Virus record (IMG/VR): IMGVR_UViG_3300024336_000005
Span: 1 to 64,000 of that record
Strand: one strand, 5' to 3'
DNA: 64,000 nt
Below the pieces are notes generated by a model. The model made no database searches and had not been told where the DNA came from. It saw only the letters and a program-made list of their open reading frames with translations. Position numbers and translations under genes: made by a program. This document shows, in pieces, positions 39,703 to 51,000 of this stretch. Every line of letters starts with the position of its first letter. The first letter of the stretch is position 1.

Positions 39703-41141
39703 TAACTTAGCTCACTCATCCATTGGCGAAGCTGATCTTCGCTCACACCGCTGGAGCGCTGGAGACACTGCGATAGAGAAATAGGAATCCTAACTCTAGC
39801 ATTGCTTGCAGTGCGGTCCGCTGCTGTGCCACCGGGGGTGGGTTGTTGGTTAGCTACCGGAGCCAACGGTCTATCATTGGCGTTCGGTGGAAGAGGGTCG
39901 GGGTCACCGTCTCCGCCTCCTGTATCAGAATCCTCTTCAATTACAATATCATCTGGGAATCTATCATTGGCCTCATCGACTACTCTTCTGACATTGTCTT
40001 CACTACAGAGTTCATCGATGTCACCTAGTGACACTATGATCTTCAAGATCTGAATTATTGTTAAAACGCTTCTCATCTGCTGAATGAAGGATATGTTCTT
40101 ACTTGTAAGAAGCCACTCTCCTCCTAATAGATCCATAACAGCATCTTGTGTTTTAATTACCTGAAGCTCAATCCAGTCTGTGACCTCTCTGATAATGCTA
40201 ACCAAGTAGGCGGGGATATCATTGGCAATGAAGCTGGTCGCTTTCCTTGGTTCCTCTCTGATGGTCTTTCTTACCTTCTTGGTTAGGCCGGCGGTCTTAT
40301 CAAGGAATTTATCTCCCCTGCCTGTGATTACATCAGCTTCGAAGTGAAGGATGTCCGGACCTAATGTATTTGATACCTTCATGTCCCTCAGCCCCTCGGC
40401 GGAAACAATGATTGCATTCATTATACACTCTATCTGATCTACATAGAACTGTATGTACATATTAAGGAAGTCTTCAAGCCCTGCGATGTAGGGCTTGAGT
40501 ATCATACCTAGGATATCCTTTAGGATGCCTGATGCATTAAACTTTATGCTCTCTATGGTCTTAACTAGCCAAGCAGTAAGTGCTGCTATTAGCACCAACA
40601 GGTCCTGTGGACATAGGTTTCTAAACATGTGGAGGAAGGCACAGAGTTGTTCTATTACTTCGTTTCCTATCAACATGTCTTCAATCTTTGTGAGCCATCC
40701 AAAGCGAGCCATTAGGTCTGCATTAAGAATATCTTTTAGTCTGTCCCAATCAAAGTCCTTCCACTCCCAACTCTTATTGCAGGGGATACAATCTTCCAGG
40801 TTCTTAAAGAGGGAGTCACTATCTCCCCCTGTTCTTTCTGACGGCTGGAGGGCTGACCCTATGCGGCCGCCCTCTGCGAATAGAGGAGCTGTTGTAGATG
40901 AGACGACTGCATCCTGGGCGGGGTCGTGTGCATCCTTCTGGGGGTCCTTTGTGACTCTGTCTGCTCGAGTTCTTCCTACTTCACTCATCCCTATTGTGCG
41001 GACAACATCTCTTGCGACAAACCCTTCTATTGCAAGGATTGAGTTATCTCCATTGAGCATCTGCCCCTGAAGATAATCCTCGTACCCCTTAATGATGGAG
41101 CCGAGGTTCTGCCTCATCTCTAATGCTAGGTCTCTATTCAT
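39702..41141 (-). CDS. Hypothetical helical virion protein
   Basis: 479 aa, translationally coupled, between terminase and portal. Confidence 0.5.
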   Translation of the reverse strand: MNRDLALEMRQNLGSIIKGYEDYLQGQMLNGDNSILAIEGFVARDVVRTIGMSEVGRTRADRVTKDPQKDAHDPAQDAVVSSTTAPLFAEGGRIGSALQPSERTGGDSDSLFKNLEDCIPCNKSWEWKDFDWDRLKDILNADLMARFGWLTKIEDMLIGNEVIEQLCAFLHMFRNLCPQDLLVLIAALTAWLVKTIESIKFNASGILKDILGMILKPYIAGLEDFLNMYIQFYVDQIECIMNAIIVSAEGLRDMKVSNTLGPDILHFEADVITGRGDKFLDKTAGLTKKVRKTIREEPRKATSFIANDIPAYLVSIIREVTDWIELQVIKTQDAVMDLLGGEWLLTSKNISFIQQMRSVLTIIQILKIIVSLGDIDELCSEDNVRRVVDEANDRFPDDIVIEEDSDTGGGDGDPDPLPPNANDRPLAPVANQQPTPGGTAADRTASNARVRIPISLSQCLQRSSGVSEDQLRQWMSELS

Positions 41142-41548
41142 ACTGAGGGATCCAAAGGATTGATGGGAGGAATAGCAAGAGGGTTAGGGTCTATGCGACT
41201 CTCCTGGAAAGAGATACCGGCGCCAGTCGGTTGAGGTACACCTCCTCGTACAATAAGACTTTCTCCTATTGTCGGAGTTGGCTTAACTGTGGGAGATACC
41301 GGGAAGACGGGGAATGCAGAGGGTCCGGTAGATACACCTGTAACCGGGTGGATGTGAAGCTGTAGGATTGCCTTAGTTTCTTGGAGCTCCGCAAGGACGG
41401 TGGCCATTGCTGCGTCCATGTCGCCCTTATGATAGAAGTCTCCCACTATGTAGGGGTATAGCCTTAGGTACAACTTTTTAAATTGTTCCTTAGCTACATC
41501 CCCTGGAGATCTCGTTAGAGACGAGATCAGACTATCTAATAATGCCAT
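41138..41548 (-). CDS. Hypothetical protein with an HxH spike-tip-like motif
   Basis: LQLHIHPVTGVSTGP. Confidence 0.45.
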   Translation of the reverse strand: MALLDSLISSLTRSPGDVAKEQFKKLYLRLYPYIVGDFYHKGDMDAAMATVLAELQETKAILQLHIHPVTGVSTGPSAFPVFPVSPTVKPTPTIGESLIVRGGVPQPTGAGISFQESRIDPNPLAIPPINPLDPSV

Positions 41549-41978
41549 TCTCTGCCTCTCCTATTTGGACTGCAATATCCTTGTCTAACTTTAGGGCGGC
41601 GACATACATCTTATAGTCGATGCGGTCGTTAACGCCCTGGAAGATGGCAGCAACAGATTCAGAGAGTGCTGGGAATTCATTTGGGTCAAACTCAAACACA
41701 AGCTTATCATTTCTTTCAACGAGCTTATCTAGAATGCTATCGGCTCTGTCTATTAGTTCTGTATATCCCTCTGAGAGTTCGACTAAGGATAGGCTAACAT
41801 CCTCTTCTTCTGCCACTGCGCTCTGTGCTGTCCCAACTGCTCCGGCTTCCTTAGACTTAGACTTGTCTACCTTAGGCTTGCGAAAGAGCGCTCCTCTATT
41901 GTCCTCGGATAGGCCCTTGGCTACTGCAGGAGAAGATACTGTTACCGCAATGTCAAACCTGGTAGTAATGATAGCCAT
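41532..41978 (-). CDS. Hypothetical protein
   Basis: Translationally coupled ORF. Confidence 0.5.
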   Translation of the reverse strand: MAIITTRFDIAVTVSSPAVAKGLSEDNRGALFRKPKVDKSKSKEAGAVGTAQSAVAEEEDVSLSLVELSEGYTELIDRADSILDKLVERNDKLVFEFDPNEFPALSESVAAIFQGVNDRIDYKMYVAALKLDKDIAVQIGEAENGIIR

Positions 41979-42448
41979 TAGACATTGCTCTCAGTGTGCG
42001 TCACCTGCAAGGAGAACTGCGACGTACCTATTGGGGCGGCCTTAGACATTGATACATAGATCCAGAAGGGGTAGTAAATCCTATCAGGGGATCCTACTGC
42101 TCCTAGCTCTGGTACGGTTGAGGTGTCCCCGTTGATCAGGGGAGATGCGAGCGTGGCTAGGGCGTTGCTTGGTGCGGCAGCCCACTCTGCATCGGTCGGC
42201 TTATTGTCTCCAGACAGGAGCTTGATGGAGACTGTCCCATCGACAATGTCCGCGCCAGCGGTAGAGGTTGGCTTAATCTCAATGGCATCATACCACTTTG
42301 CCGCATCGTCATTCCTGAGGAATAGCTTCTTTACGAAGCCCGTTCCTCCTGGACGAATCCCAACTGCTATCGGATCTCCAAAGGTTGTAGCCGTAACCTC
42401 TGTAAATAGGAGAGTAGACTCATCAAGCCTATAGATCTTTACTGCCAT
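41978..42448 (-). CDS. Hypothetical beta-rich virion protein
   Basis: Coupled to the terminase gene. Confidence 0.5.
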   Translation of the reverse strand: MAVKIYRLDESTLLFTEVTATTFGDPIAVGIRPGGTGFVKKLFLRNDDAAKWYDAIEIKPTSTAGADIVDGTVSIKLLSGDNKPTDAEWAAAPSNALATLASPLINGDTSTVPELGAVGSPDRIYYPFWIYVSMSKAAPIGTSQFSLQVTHTESNV

Positions 42449-44412
42449 TATCTTCTGCCTCTAAGTAAGTTTGATCTTCTAATCGGACCACGGCCTCCGG
42501 GCTTTGATCCATTTCTTCTCGCTATCTGTCCTCTTACGTGATCCACTGCTTCCTTTGTTGGCATGGCTCCACCGGAGGTTCGAATGTGAGAAGGAGGTAT
42601 GTAACCCTTATCTGCTTCGGCCATCTCTTCTTTCTTATTGCTCATCGCTAGCTTATGGATAGCTCTAGATCTAGGCCTACTTGATTCAGGTACAGAGCTG
42701 ATTGTATCGCTTCCTGGGTGTCCTGTAAATCTAACAATAGGAATAATCTCAGGATTCCCCATCTTTGTGAACTTCATAGCAAATGCAAAGAGGGCAAGAA
42801 TGAACGCATCAAGGGCGTGGTCCGGCAAATCGTCTGAGACCATCTTGTAGGATGGTCTTCCGTTCATTCCAATCTTGTCGATTACATAACCTCTAAGCTG
42901 CCTCTCCAGGTCTGCGTCATACTTACTTAGCTGTATGTTCATCTCTTCGAAGGCTCTGATTGCATTCTCTACAATGGCAGGCTTTGCATAGACCTTATGC
43001 GTCTGCCCTGTGGTTGGGTGGCGGATTTCAATCTTGCTGCCAAAGTCAATTGCCTCGACAATTGACTCTAGTCTCTTGTCTGCTGTATTGGGAGCTGCTG
43101 CTCTGCCGAACTCATTTAGATATTCGATCTGCATTGAGCCTGCGCCGCGATCAACATAAATTGCGACAGGGTTCCACTTCCTGTTTAGCCTTATGAGCTC
43201 TTGGATAGCCTGATACTGCGTGTTGCCTTCTCTGAAGACCTGCCCCTTATCGACAACCTTCCACTGCTTAAAGTCTGCAGAGGGGTCTACTCCTATCACA
43301 TAGCACTCTGTACCGTTGACTGGGTTCCAGTCAACTCCCATTGCATAGATCCACCCTGGAGTGAATACCTGATCACTGTAGAAGTAGTCTCCGTCATCAA
43401 TGGCCACATCAATATGGCCATGCTGGAATACGCCCTCATTAAGCTCGCCGTACTCAGCAAGAATCTCATGAATGTACTTAACGCCTAAGTTCTCTCTCTT
43501 CTGTTCTATCTCCATGTCCTCATCCCAATTGGGACGACACATAGAAGGATAGTGGAAGGATCTAAACTTGGGGTTTAGGTCCCACTTCCAGAACTGCTCT
43601 CTCGCTCCTGAGGGAGTAGAGGACACGCACATTACTGTGTCCTTGTGCTCTGAGAGGATTGCTACGATAGCAGAGAGGTCGCTTGTGGTTAGGTAGTCGC
43701 CCTCGTCGATAACAATCATATCTGCCGACTGGCCACGAATTGTTTCATTTCCCGATACGAAGCCTCTCATGAAGGATCCGTTGGCTAGCTTAAGAAACCT
43801 TTGGGGTGTCTTAACAAAGCGGTTACCAGGGGAGTCTAATGTGGAGGAGGTCTTGATGAACTCCATAGCGATGCTAAAGATGATGTCCAGCTGTGCGATG
43901 TTAGGAGTGATGACAAGGATTCTATATCCTTCCTCTGTGAACATCCGGTGGAGCATCTTCATTACAAGAGTCCAGGTCTTTCCACTTCGCCGGCCAATCC
44001 TATAGATCTGTCTACGGGCAGTGCATTTAACCATCATCTCCTGATAGTAGATAGACGACGGATCTAGGTCATACCTTTCAACATTCTCACCCGAGGCTCC
44101 CTGAGGGAGCCAAGGGCCTCTTATCTTTGTCTCCATATCAGGGACAGTAATATTGTCCTCAGCCCAGAGCACTGGATCCTTAGTCCTGGCGTAGGTCTCC
44201 ATTCCCCGCTGGCCAAGGGCCTGCTGAATAATAGGGTCTGTAATCTGAACGACATGAGTCATAGGATCTGCTGGGATGCCGTCGCACTTAATCGCGAACT
44301 CACCCTTAGCAACTATGGTCTTGCCGCTCTCCTCATCAATTATATCAGAGGTAGCCTTATTTCTTTGGATGCACATTACACATCCGGGATGGAGATCTTT
44401 AGCTTCTATCAT
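42448..44412 (-). CDS. terL: Terminase large subunit
   Basis: Walker A IGRRSGKT, Walker B MIVIDE, SSTP coupling motif, nuclease motifs MGVDW and DHALDA. Confidence 0.93.
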   Translation of the reverse strand: MIEAKDLHPGCVMCIQRNKATSDIIDEESGKTIVAKGEFAIKCDGIPADPMTHVVQITDPIIQQALGQRGMETYARTKDPVLWAEDNITVPDMETKIRGPWLPQGASGENVERYDLDPSSIYYQEMMVKCTARRQIYRIGRRSGKTWTLVMKMLHRMFTEEGYRILVITPNIAQLDIIFSIAMEFIKTSSTLDSPGNRFVKTPQRFLKLANGSFMRGFVSGNETIRGQSADMIVIDEGDYLTTSDLSAIVAILSEHKDTVMCVSSTPSGAREQFWKWDLNPKFRSFHYPSMCRPNWDEDMEIEQKRENLGVKYIHEILAEYGELNEGVFQHGHIDVAIDDGDYFYSDQVFTPGWIYAMGVDWNPVNGTECYVIGVDPSADFKQWKVVDKGQVFREGNTQYQAIQELIRLNRKWNPVAIYVDRGAGSMQIEYLNEFGRAAAPNTADKRLESIVEAIDFGSKIEIRHPTTGQTHKVYAKPAIVENAIRAFEEMNIQLSKYDADLERQLRGYVIDKIGMNGRPSYKMVSDDLPDHALDAFILALFAFAMKFTKMGNPEIIPIVRFTGHPGSDTISSVPESSRPRSRAIHKLAMSNKKEEMAEADKGYIPPSHIRTSGGAMPTKEAVDHVRGQIARRNGSKPGGRGPIRRSNLLRGRR

Positions 44413-44420
44413 TTAATTCC

Positions 44421-45089
44421 TTAGATCAAGCCAGTCGGGATAGTTCCAAATGGACTGCGTCTTGCGCCGGCCTGATAGGACAACGTCCCCGGATCAGCTC
44501 GCACTGGCTTCCGCCTGTTTACAAAGCTTGATGTGCCAGTTGACATGTCCGCTCTCGTTGGGAGTCGACTCCGCACATGACTTGGAGGTATATTCGCAGC
44601 CGACTGAAAGGGGTCTGCTGCTCTTATCATGCCATCTCCTGCATGTCTCTTGGCTGGTGGCGATCCGATGTTTCTTGATCTCTGAAAGGGATCTAAGGCT
44701 TGAAGGTCCGCCATTGGCCTGGGGGGAGCGCCTACGGCGCGAGCTGTCCGCCTGGAGTGATCCCTATACTTTGAGGTCTTGAATTTATTGCGTTGCACAG
44801 GTCCAATAAATGGCTGAGGTCCCATTGGCCCCTGGCCTCTGGCCCCTGCCATAAACTCGTCTCGAGCTGACCTAATTCCTGCGCCAGCACGGTGAGCCCT
44901 ACGACGCGCAGCTGCGCCCTGTGCTCTTACTGCAGTCTTGCCTCTTGCGGCAGCCTTTGAAAAGCCTCTCATCCCCATTCTCATCATGCCAACGGCCATG
45001 ACTGAGCCTGCACCATATGCTGCAATCTTTCCCCAGTTGACCCCAGGCTGCTCGTTGTACGAGCCGTTCATTTGATTATAGCCGCCCAT
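44421..45089 (-). CDS. Arg/Gly-rich protein with an N-terminal hydrophobic segment
   Basis: Composition; internal repeats DPFQRSRNI / DPFQSAANI. Confidence 0.5.
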   Translation of the reverse strand: MGGYNQMNGSYNEQPGVNWGKIAAYGAGSVMAVGMMRMGMRGFSKAAARGKTAVRAQGAAARRRAHRAGAGIRSARDEFMAGARGQGPMGPQPFIGPVQRNKFKTSKYRDHSRRTARAVGAPPRPMADLQALDPFQRSRNIGSPPAKRHAGDGMIRAADPFQSAANIPPSHVRSRLPTRADMSTGTSSFVNRRKPVRADPGTLSYQAGARRSPFGTIPTGLI

Positions 45090-45091
45090 CG

Positions 45092-45547
45092 CTAGCTCCT
45101 TGAGTTCAATGCAACCATACGATCGAATATAAAGTAGAACTTAGATTCATGTCGTGTGACCCTATCTTGATGACAGGACTTGCATAATGTTATACCATTT
45201 TTTACATCCAAAGTCTTCTCTGGAAATAAATACTTCGGCCTAATGTGATGCACCTCTAGTTTCCCACCAAGGCGTCCACACATTTGACACTGGAAGCAAT
45301 CTCTTTTCAGAATATACTCCCTCCAATCTGCATACCAAGGTGTACCATACAAGGCTTTCGCCTCATCATAGTTTCTTGGAATCTTTCGTAGAGTCGCTGA
45401 AGCTGTCGAAGTCCTTGAGGTCCTTCTCTTCCTGCGAGGCTTCCTTGGAGAAGATTTAACAATCTTCGTACTCCTAGCCTTTCTTTTCTCTCGCTCTCTC
45501 TTCTTCCTCTCGAGCTCCTTTAGCTTCTTCTCTACTGCGTTACTCAT
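45092..45547 (-). CDS. HNH endonuclease with a basic N-terminus
   Basis: RDCFQCQMCG...LEVHHIRP...NGITLCKSCH. Confidence 0.9.
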   Translation of the reverse strand: MSNAVEKKLKELERKKREREKRKARSTKIVKSSPRKPRRKRRTSRTSTASATLRKIPRNYDEAKALYGTPWYADWREYILKRDCFQCQMCGRLGGKLEVHHIRPKYLFPEKTLDVKNGITLCKSCHQDRVTRHESKFYFIFDRMVALNSRS

Positions 45548-46127
45548 ACTTAACATGAGACAAAAACTTCAAATCCTCTGTGGCGGTCGCGTAAGCGATC
45601 ATAGTTCCCTTACTTGCCTTAACAAAAAAGAGTGCGGCCTCCTCCATTGAGGAGTAGTCCTTCTTAAGGCCCCAATTACAGAGCGTCCCGTACCTCTTCT
45701 CCTGATCTTCATTCATGTAGGAAAAGACACAGGTGTTGTGGCCTGACAAATCGCCAAAGGCGTCAACCCACCTAAGGGTCAAAACCTTAACGTCAAAGAC
45801 GCCAGGAACGAACTGAAGCATCTTGGCCGCATAGATGGCAAACTCATCGCAATCAGTCTGAAATTTCAATCCTGTCCTAATCTTTCTTTCTACCCATTCT
45901 GCTGATCTCATCCAGCCGTGCTTAATCTTTAGGCCAAAGGCCTCCACGACGTCCGCAGACCAAACCAGGAGGTTGAGGCGCTGGACTGCCTGGATGACAG
46001 TGCCGTAGCGAGGGACCGGCAGGCCTGGCCAGAGCGTATCGTGGACCTTATTCGCGACCCTGCTAACAAAATAAGTCAACCAAAAGCTAAGCTTGGTCGC
46101 CGACCACCATATGATAATCTTCTTCAT
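45540..46127 (-). CDS. Transglutaminase-like cysteine peptidase
   Basis: TDCDEFA (GDCDDFA-like) plus a downstream GHNTCVF. Confidence 0.55.
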   Translation of the reverse strand: MKKIIIWWSATKLSFWLTYFVSRVANKVHDTLWPGLPVPRYGTVIQAVQRLNLLVWSADVVEAFGLKIKHGWMRSAEWVERKIRTGLKFQTDCDEFAIYAAKMLQFVPGVFDVKVLTLRWVDAFGDLSGHNTCVFSYMNEDQEKRYGTLCNWGLKKDYSSMEEAALFFVKASKGTMIAYATATEDLKFLSHVKYE

Positions 46128-46551
46128 TGCAAACGTCCCTCCCTTTGCAGAACCTCACGACCTTTCTCATAACACCTGGCAGTTGTGTAATGGTATAGCT
46201 GCTGTAGTTCTCCATAAAGCTGTTACGTATCTCATTAATCCCGATAACATATGCACCAGAATTCTTTAAATCTAAAATTAGACAGTGTGTCTCACTGTAC
46301 TCTTCTTCAAATCCTACGGCGATGACAAGATCTGTCTGATCTATTAGCAGTTCCCTCTCTTTCTTGGAGAGTGAGGCTATGTCTGCGCTACTTATTGACC
46401 TAATCTTTGAAGAATATGACAATCCTTTAGCCAATCCCAACGCTCTTGCGTGGTCATATGCCTCAGAGTTGGAAATTATTACAATACTTACTGCATGTTT
46501 GATACGACTATAGATTATCTTGGAGATCTGTTCGTCGTTTATTGATTTCAT
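46087..46551 (-). CDS. Hypothetical alpha/beta protein (SIS-like?)
   Basis: TDLVIAVG...LKNSGAYVIGI pattern; AT-rich. Confidence 0.4.
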   Translation of the reverse strand: MKSINDEQISKIIYSRIKHAVSIVIISNSEAYDHARALGLAKGLSYSSKIRSISSADIASLSKKERELLIDQTDLVIAVGFEEEYSETHCLILDLKNSGAYVIGINEIRNSFMENYSSYTITQLPGVMRKVVRFCKGRDVCNEEDYHMVVGDQA

Positions 46552-47429
46552 GCGTGGTAAGCCAATGCCTCCTGGCCAAAGGCAGATCTTGCATTCATTT
46601 GGCTCCTTCTAATGGACTGCATCGCCCTCTGCCTCATTGTGGCAGCATAATCAGAGTCAATGAACTGACTCTTTCTGTTTACGGACCTGCGTCCATGTCT
46701 ATTCCCGAACTCTGAGATCTTCCATACCCCTTCAGCGGCCATCATGCCAACTTCAGCTCCTATAAGGCCACCAGCCACAAGGCCGATGCCTCCTACAAGC
46801 ATCCCACCCTTAGGAACCATCTTAATGGCGGCTGCGGCTCCAAGCCCAGCGCCAGTAATCGCTCCAGCCTCGGCACCAAGGTTGCTTGCAAGCTGCCTGG
46901 GCATCCCGTTTATGGGATCAAAGATATTATCATCAGTCATCATGGCCGACAGACCTGCCGTGGCGCCAAGGCTGACCATGCTTTTCATCTGCCAAAGGTT
47001 ATGTCCGACTCTGCCTAGGTGCTCTCCTGCTGATCTGGCTCCGAATCGCCTAACAGCTTGACCTGTCTTGGGGTTAATCTGCTTCCCGTACTGCTTAACA
47101 AACTCTTCTGGCTCGTAGCCCATTGCTCTTGCATAGTTTTGAGCTCCCATCCTATTGGGACCCATCTCTGCCATGGTGTCAGCAGTAGCCCTGAAGGCAT
47201 TCATTTGGGACTGCTCGAACCTTCTGTGAGCTCGATAGCCCCCCACTCCGCTCCGTAGCCCTCCGCTTATTCCTGCAACGCCATGATAGCCAGCCTTGGC
47301 AATCGTGCTGGCACCAAGGAAGGCAGCAGTCCCTCCGAAGGCGGCACCGCGATAAACCGCATTCCCCATCTTCCCAACAATATTTCTTTGGGCCTCACTA
47401 TGTGCTTTAAGCTTATCCCACCAATTCAT
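46548..47429 (-). CDS. Gly/Ala-rich hydrophobic protein (possible ejected/internal virion protein)
   Basis: GxxxG-rich transmembrane-like segments. Confidence 0.45.
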   Translation of the reverse strand: MNWWDKLKAHSEAQRNIVGKMGNAVYRGAAFGGTAAFLGASTIAKAGYHGVAGISGGLRSGVGGYRAHRRFEQSQMNAFRATADTMAEMGPNRMGAQNYARAMGYEPEEFVKQYGKQINPKTGQAVRRFGARSAGEHLGRVGHNLWQMKSMVSLGATAGLSAMMTDDNIFDPINGMPRQLASNLGAEAGAITGAGLGAAAAIKMVPKGGMLVGGIGLVAGGLIGAEVGMMAAEGVWKISEFGNRHGRRSVNRKSQFIDSDYAATMRQRAMQSIRRSQMNARSAFGQEALAYHA

Positions 47430-48031
47430 TAGTCATTCCAACCAAAGCCAAATGGGTTTACAAAGTCAGCTGCGGCCATGCCTCCATAGACCATGGCGCC
47501 TCTAGCGCCTACGGCTCCAGCACGAGCCCAACCTCCTGGGCCGTTTGCCTTAGCTCCTAGCTCCGCTGCTGAGCCCCAATTCCAGGCACTTCTTGCCATC
47601 ATCTTAGCCTCACCCCAGGCTTGTCCAGCCGCTCGACCTCCAGGACCGACTTCTTTCTGTCCGGATATCGCGAGGAGTGAGCTGGAGGGACCATGGGCAG
47701 ACATAATATTCTCACGTGCCTTCCCGAACCTTCCTGGAGCAGCCTTAACCTGCCCAAGCCCAAACAAACTGCTCATGCCACCCTCGCCTTGAAATGGCTC
47801 TTTCATGGCCGTGAATCTGGTTGAGGCGGCGGTCCTTGTGGCGCCGGCTGCCCTTCTGGCGCGATCCCTTGCTTCTGCCGCCTTCCTCTTAACGGTTGGC
47901 CCGTGCGCCGCGCGTGCTTTCCTGGCCCTATTAAGCCCAGATCTACCACCTCTTCTGAGGCGCCGACCCTCGCGTACGGTCACCTCAGCGACATTGCCTA
48001 CTAGATTCCCTGCCTTATTTGCTAGTCCCAT
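47429..48031 (-). CDS. Arg/Ala/Gly-rich protein (possible internal virion protein)
   Basis: Composition; translationally coupled. Confidence 0.45.
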   Translation of the reverse strand: MGLANKAGNLVGNVAEVTVREGRRLRRGGRSGLNRARKARAAHGPTVKRKAAEARDRARRAAGATRTAASTRFTAMKEPFQGEGGMSSLFGLGQVKAAPGRFGKARENIMSAHGPSSSLLAISGQKEVGPGGRAAGQAWGEAKMMARSAWNWGSAAELGAKANGPGGWARAGAVGARGAMVYGGMAAADFVNPFGFGWND

Positions 48032-48032
48032 G

Positions 48033-51000
48033 TTAATTCCCTATATGGTGTTGAGTCCAATTTTCTGAATTCATCATCCTCTTACTCCAGCCGCGTGCAA
48101 TCCTATTGCCTTCCATAAGGCCTCGCCTTGTGCGCGTGCTGCGCTTCACTGTATTAATAACCCCGTCTATTCGGTATCCAGACCCAAAGTCTCCAATGTT
48201 TGCTTGCCTGTTGGCTTGGGCCCATCCGTGTCTGAGTCCCTCCTGAATTGTGGAATCATCACGTCCTCCCGCAGCCTGCATTGCAGAAAGCTCAGTATCT
48301 GGATTCCGAATTCTGTGGACAATGCTCGAGGCCCTAAAATTTCCAAATAGTCTTTCCAGATCTGTAAACGCATTGTGCGTAATCTTTCTTTTCGCTCCCT
48401 TCTGGATATTGTGAGCCGCGCGCCAACCAGCATCTGACCACATTCCAGTCTCAGATTCGACTGCTTCCTCCTGAGCTCTGTTAAAAGCACGCGCATCGAA
48501 TATTCTGTCTGAAGCCTTTCCAAAAGGTAGACTCGCCGCTGCCCCTTGGCGGACGAGCTGCAAGTTGAGGTTAACATTGTCATCGCCAAACAAAAGAGCG
48601 GGAGTACGACCATATGTAGATCCTGCGTTGGGATCGAAGACGGCAGTCATCGAGCTCTGTGAGGCCATTAGCTCTTCGAGCATCTCCGTTGCTCTCTCAC
48701 CATATGGCTGATCTTGGAATACTTTATTAGATGCATACGCATCACCATGGGAGACCTCGGGAGCATCAATGCCGGCTAGACGTAAGGACATAGTATTCCC
48801 ACCGCTAAGCATAAGCTTTACGGTGTCTGCATCTTCTATCTCATAGTCTGTGACCTTCTGCTGCCCTATCTGACCTTCATACCTCCTGTTCAAAGCATGG
48901 TCTAGCCCCTGCCAAGGGGAACCGAAGTCGGTCTTTTTGCTTCTGGTGGCGTCGGCAACACCCCCTCCGTGAGCCATGCCCTCCTCTGGATTTAGAGCGC
49001 GGTTGGAGCGGACCTGTCTCTCATAGAGAGTGCTAACAACCTGCTTGTCGCGCTTCAGTGCAGCCTCTTCTGATATCGCTCTGATCTGACGGCCGCCGCC
49101 CTCCTTCCTTACGATCTCACCATGACGCTTTCCTTTGCCTGTCCATTGTCCCAATGGACTCCCGTAGTCAATAATGCCAATGCGCTTGGCGCCTCTCTGG
49201 TCCGCAGTTAAGACAATGTTGCCAAAGTTGAGATCTCCATGACGCATCTGCTCGTGTAGTGTTGATACAGCTTCGTTTATGCGACCCAAGCCAACCTCTC
49301 TTAGCTCAGAAGGGGACAGGTCCTTCAAGGGAGACCCTTCAAAGTATTCCATGTCCATCTGTCCCTGGCGACCAGGACGGGCGGCATAAACATCTGGCCC
49401 AACTGAGGAGCTAGCCTTGCTTGTCAAGGCAACCTCTGATTTAGGAATTCTCCCGGCCTTACGAACAAAATTGAATGACTGGCCTCTGAAATAGCCCTCC
49501 ATGAGGTGAGCTTCGCCACTTGCTCCGGCACCAAGCCTCTTTACGCGAGTAGCAAGGGCGATGGCATCTTGGAAGCCAGGAGATCCTGTCATCTCAGCAA
49601 AGGTCTCTGCAGCTCTAGTCAATCCCCTGAGGGCATTCCAGCCAGAACCAAAGTCAGCAGTCTTCTTTCTTGCTGGCCCCTTAAAGCCTTCGTGCCTAAG
49701 TCCTTCGATGACGTTATAGGCATCATCCTTCCCAGAAATCTTTCCTGGCTCTATCTGCATCCCGGGATAATAGCCCTGAAACTTAGACATGCGCTGGTGA
49801 GCACGACCGGCGTCGGACATGTCAAGATATCTAACTTTTCCTGCAACAATATCATCTGCAGCAGCCTGTGTGTGCAATAGCCTCCCAGAGGATGCTTCTA
49901 TGACCGCTTGGTTGGCAGTCATGTCTGTCCCCTTGAAGAATGAGGGAAGGTCCTTTTGTATTTGCACATCAAAGAAGCTTTGATGCTTGGCCATTGCCCC
50001 ATATACCTTATCTAAGCCGATGTCTCCTGTAACAAGAAGGTCAATGTCCTTAGACTGTCTTGTCCATTCGGGACGAAGACTTGACACCAGATGCTCTCTG
50101 GCCACCCCTCCCTTAACATATAGATTGCCCCCCATTCCTGCAATCTCATCTGCCAATGCACCAACGCCAGCAATAGCAGCAGGGTTGTTCGGGTCTGATA
50201 GGCCCGCAGCCTCTGCGTTTGAGAATGCTGCAGATATGCCACCTTCTTCCTTTACAATCTTTGTTGGTCGTCCAATGTGCGACGGGTTATAATCCTCCGT
50301 CGAAACTCCTTTCAGAACTCTTACTTCAACTTCTCCCCTTAACCGGCGCGTTCCGCGCCGCAAGCCCTCAACCTTCTTTTGATGGAAAAAGTCTCTTAGA
50401 ACTCCGGTCGCGGAAAAGCCCTCCAACTCTCTCCTTTCTATGAAATCAGTTCGACTCAGGGTCACGGCGTCAGTCTTTGGATCGTAACTTCTGACAGCGT
50501 GCGGCTTGTCTGCGTGTCCGATTCTCGGCATCCGAAAATCTCTCGGCTTCATATCAGTCCGCAGAATCTTTTTTTCTGTGCTTTCGAATCGGATGCTTTG
50601 GTTACGAGTGTAGAGGTGTGCGCCCTCAGACATATCTAATTTAGAGAGCTCTTTTTCAGGTATAAAGAAGAAGGTGCTATCAGATACAGAGCTGTTTCCA
50701 GTAGCGGAACTTTTCGCGTACGCAGACAGAAGCTCCTCACGGCTCCCCTTTTGCATTCGGCTTCCGTAAACGCCAACACTCCCTGCTTCATTCAAAGCAT
50801 TGGAGCCTCCTGGAAGGAGTCGCTGCGTCTCGAGAATTGAATCGTGGGCGTAATTTGGAGCACCATGAGAGAACCCCGCTCCTAAATCTAAAGTGCTTTT
50901 TGGCGTCCATGTTTTTTCAGGCCCTGCGGCTCGTATATTAATCTTTTCTGCGGCTGCTTCGTATCGTTCAATTTCCGGTCTTGACTTCTTAAAGGCCGCC

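Noticed and set aside
42448-44412. Intron or intein in the terminase
   Set aside because: The ORF is continuous with normal motif spacing; no intein ends seen
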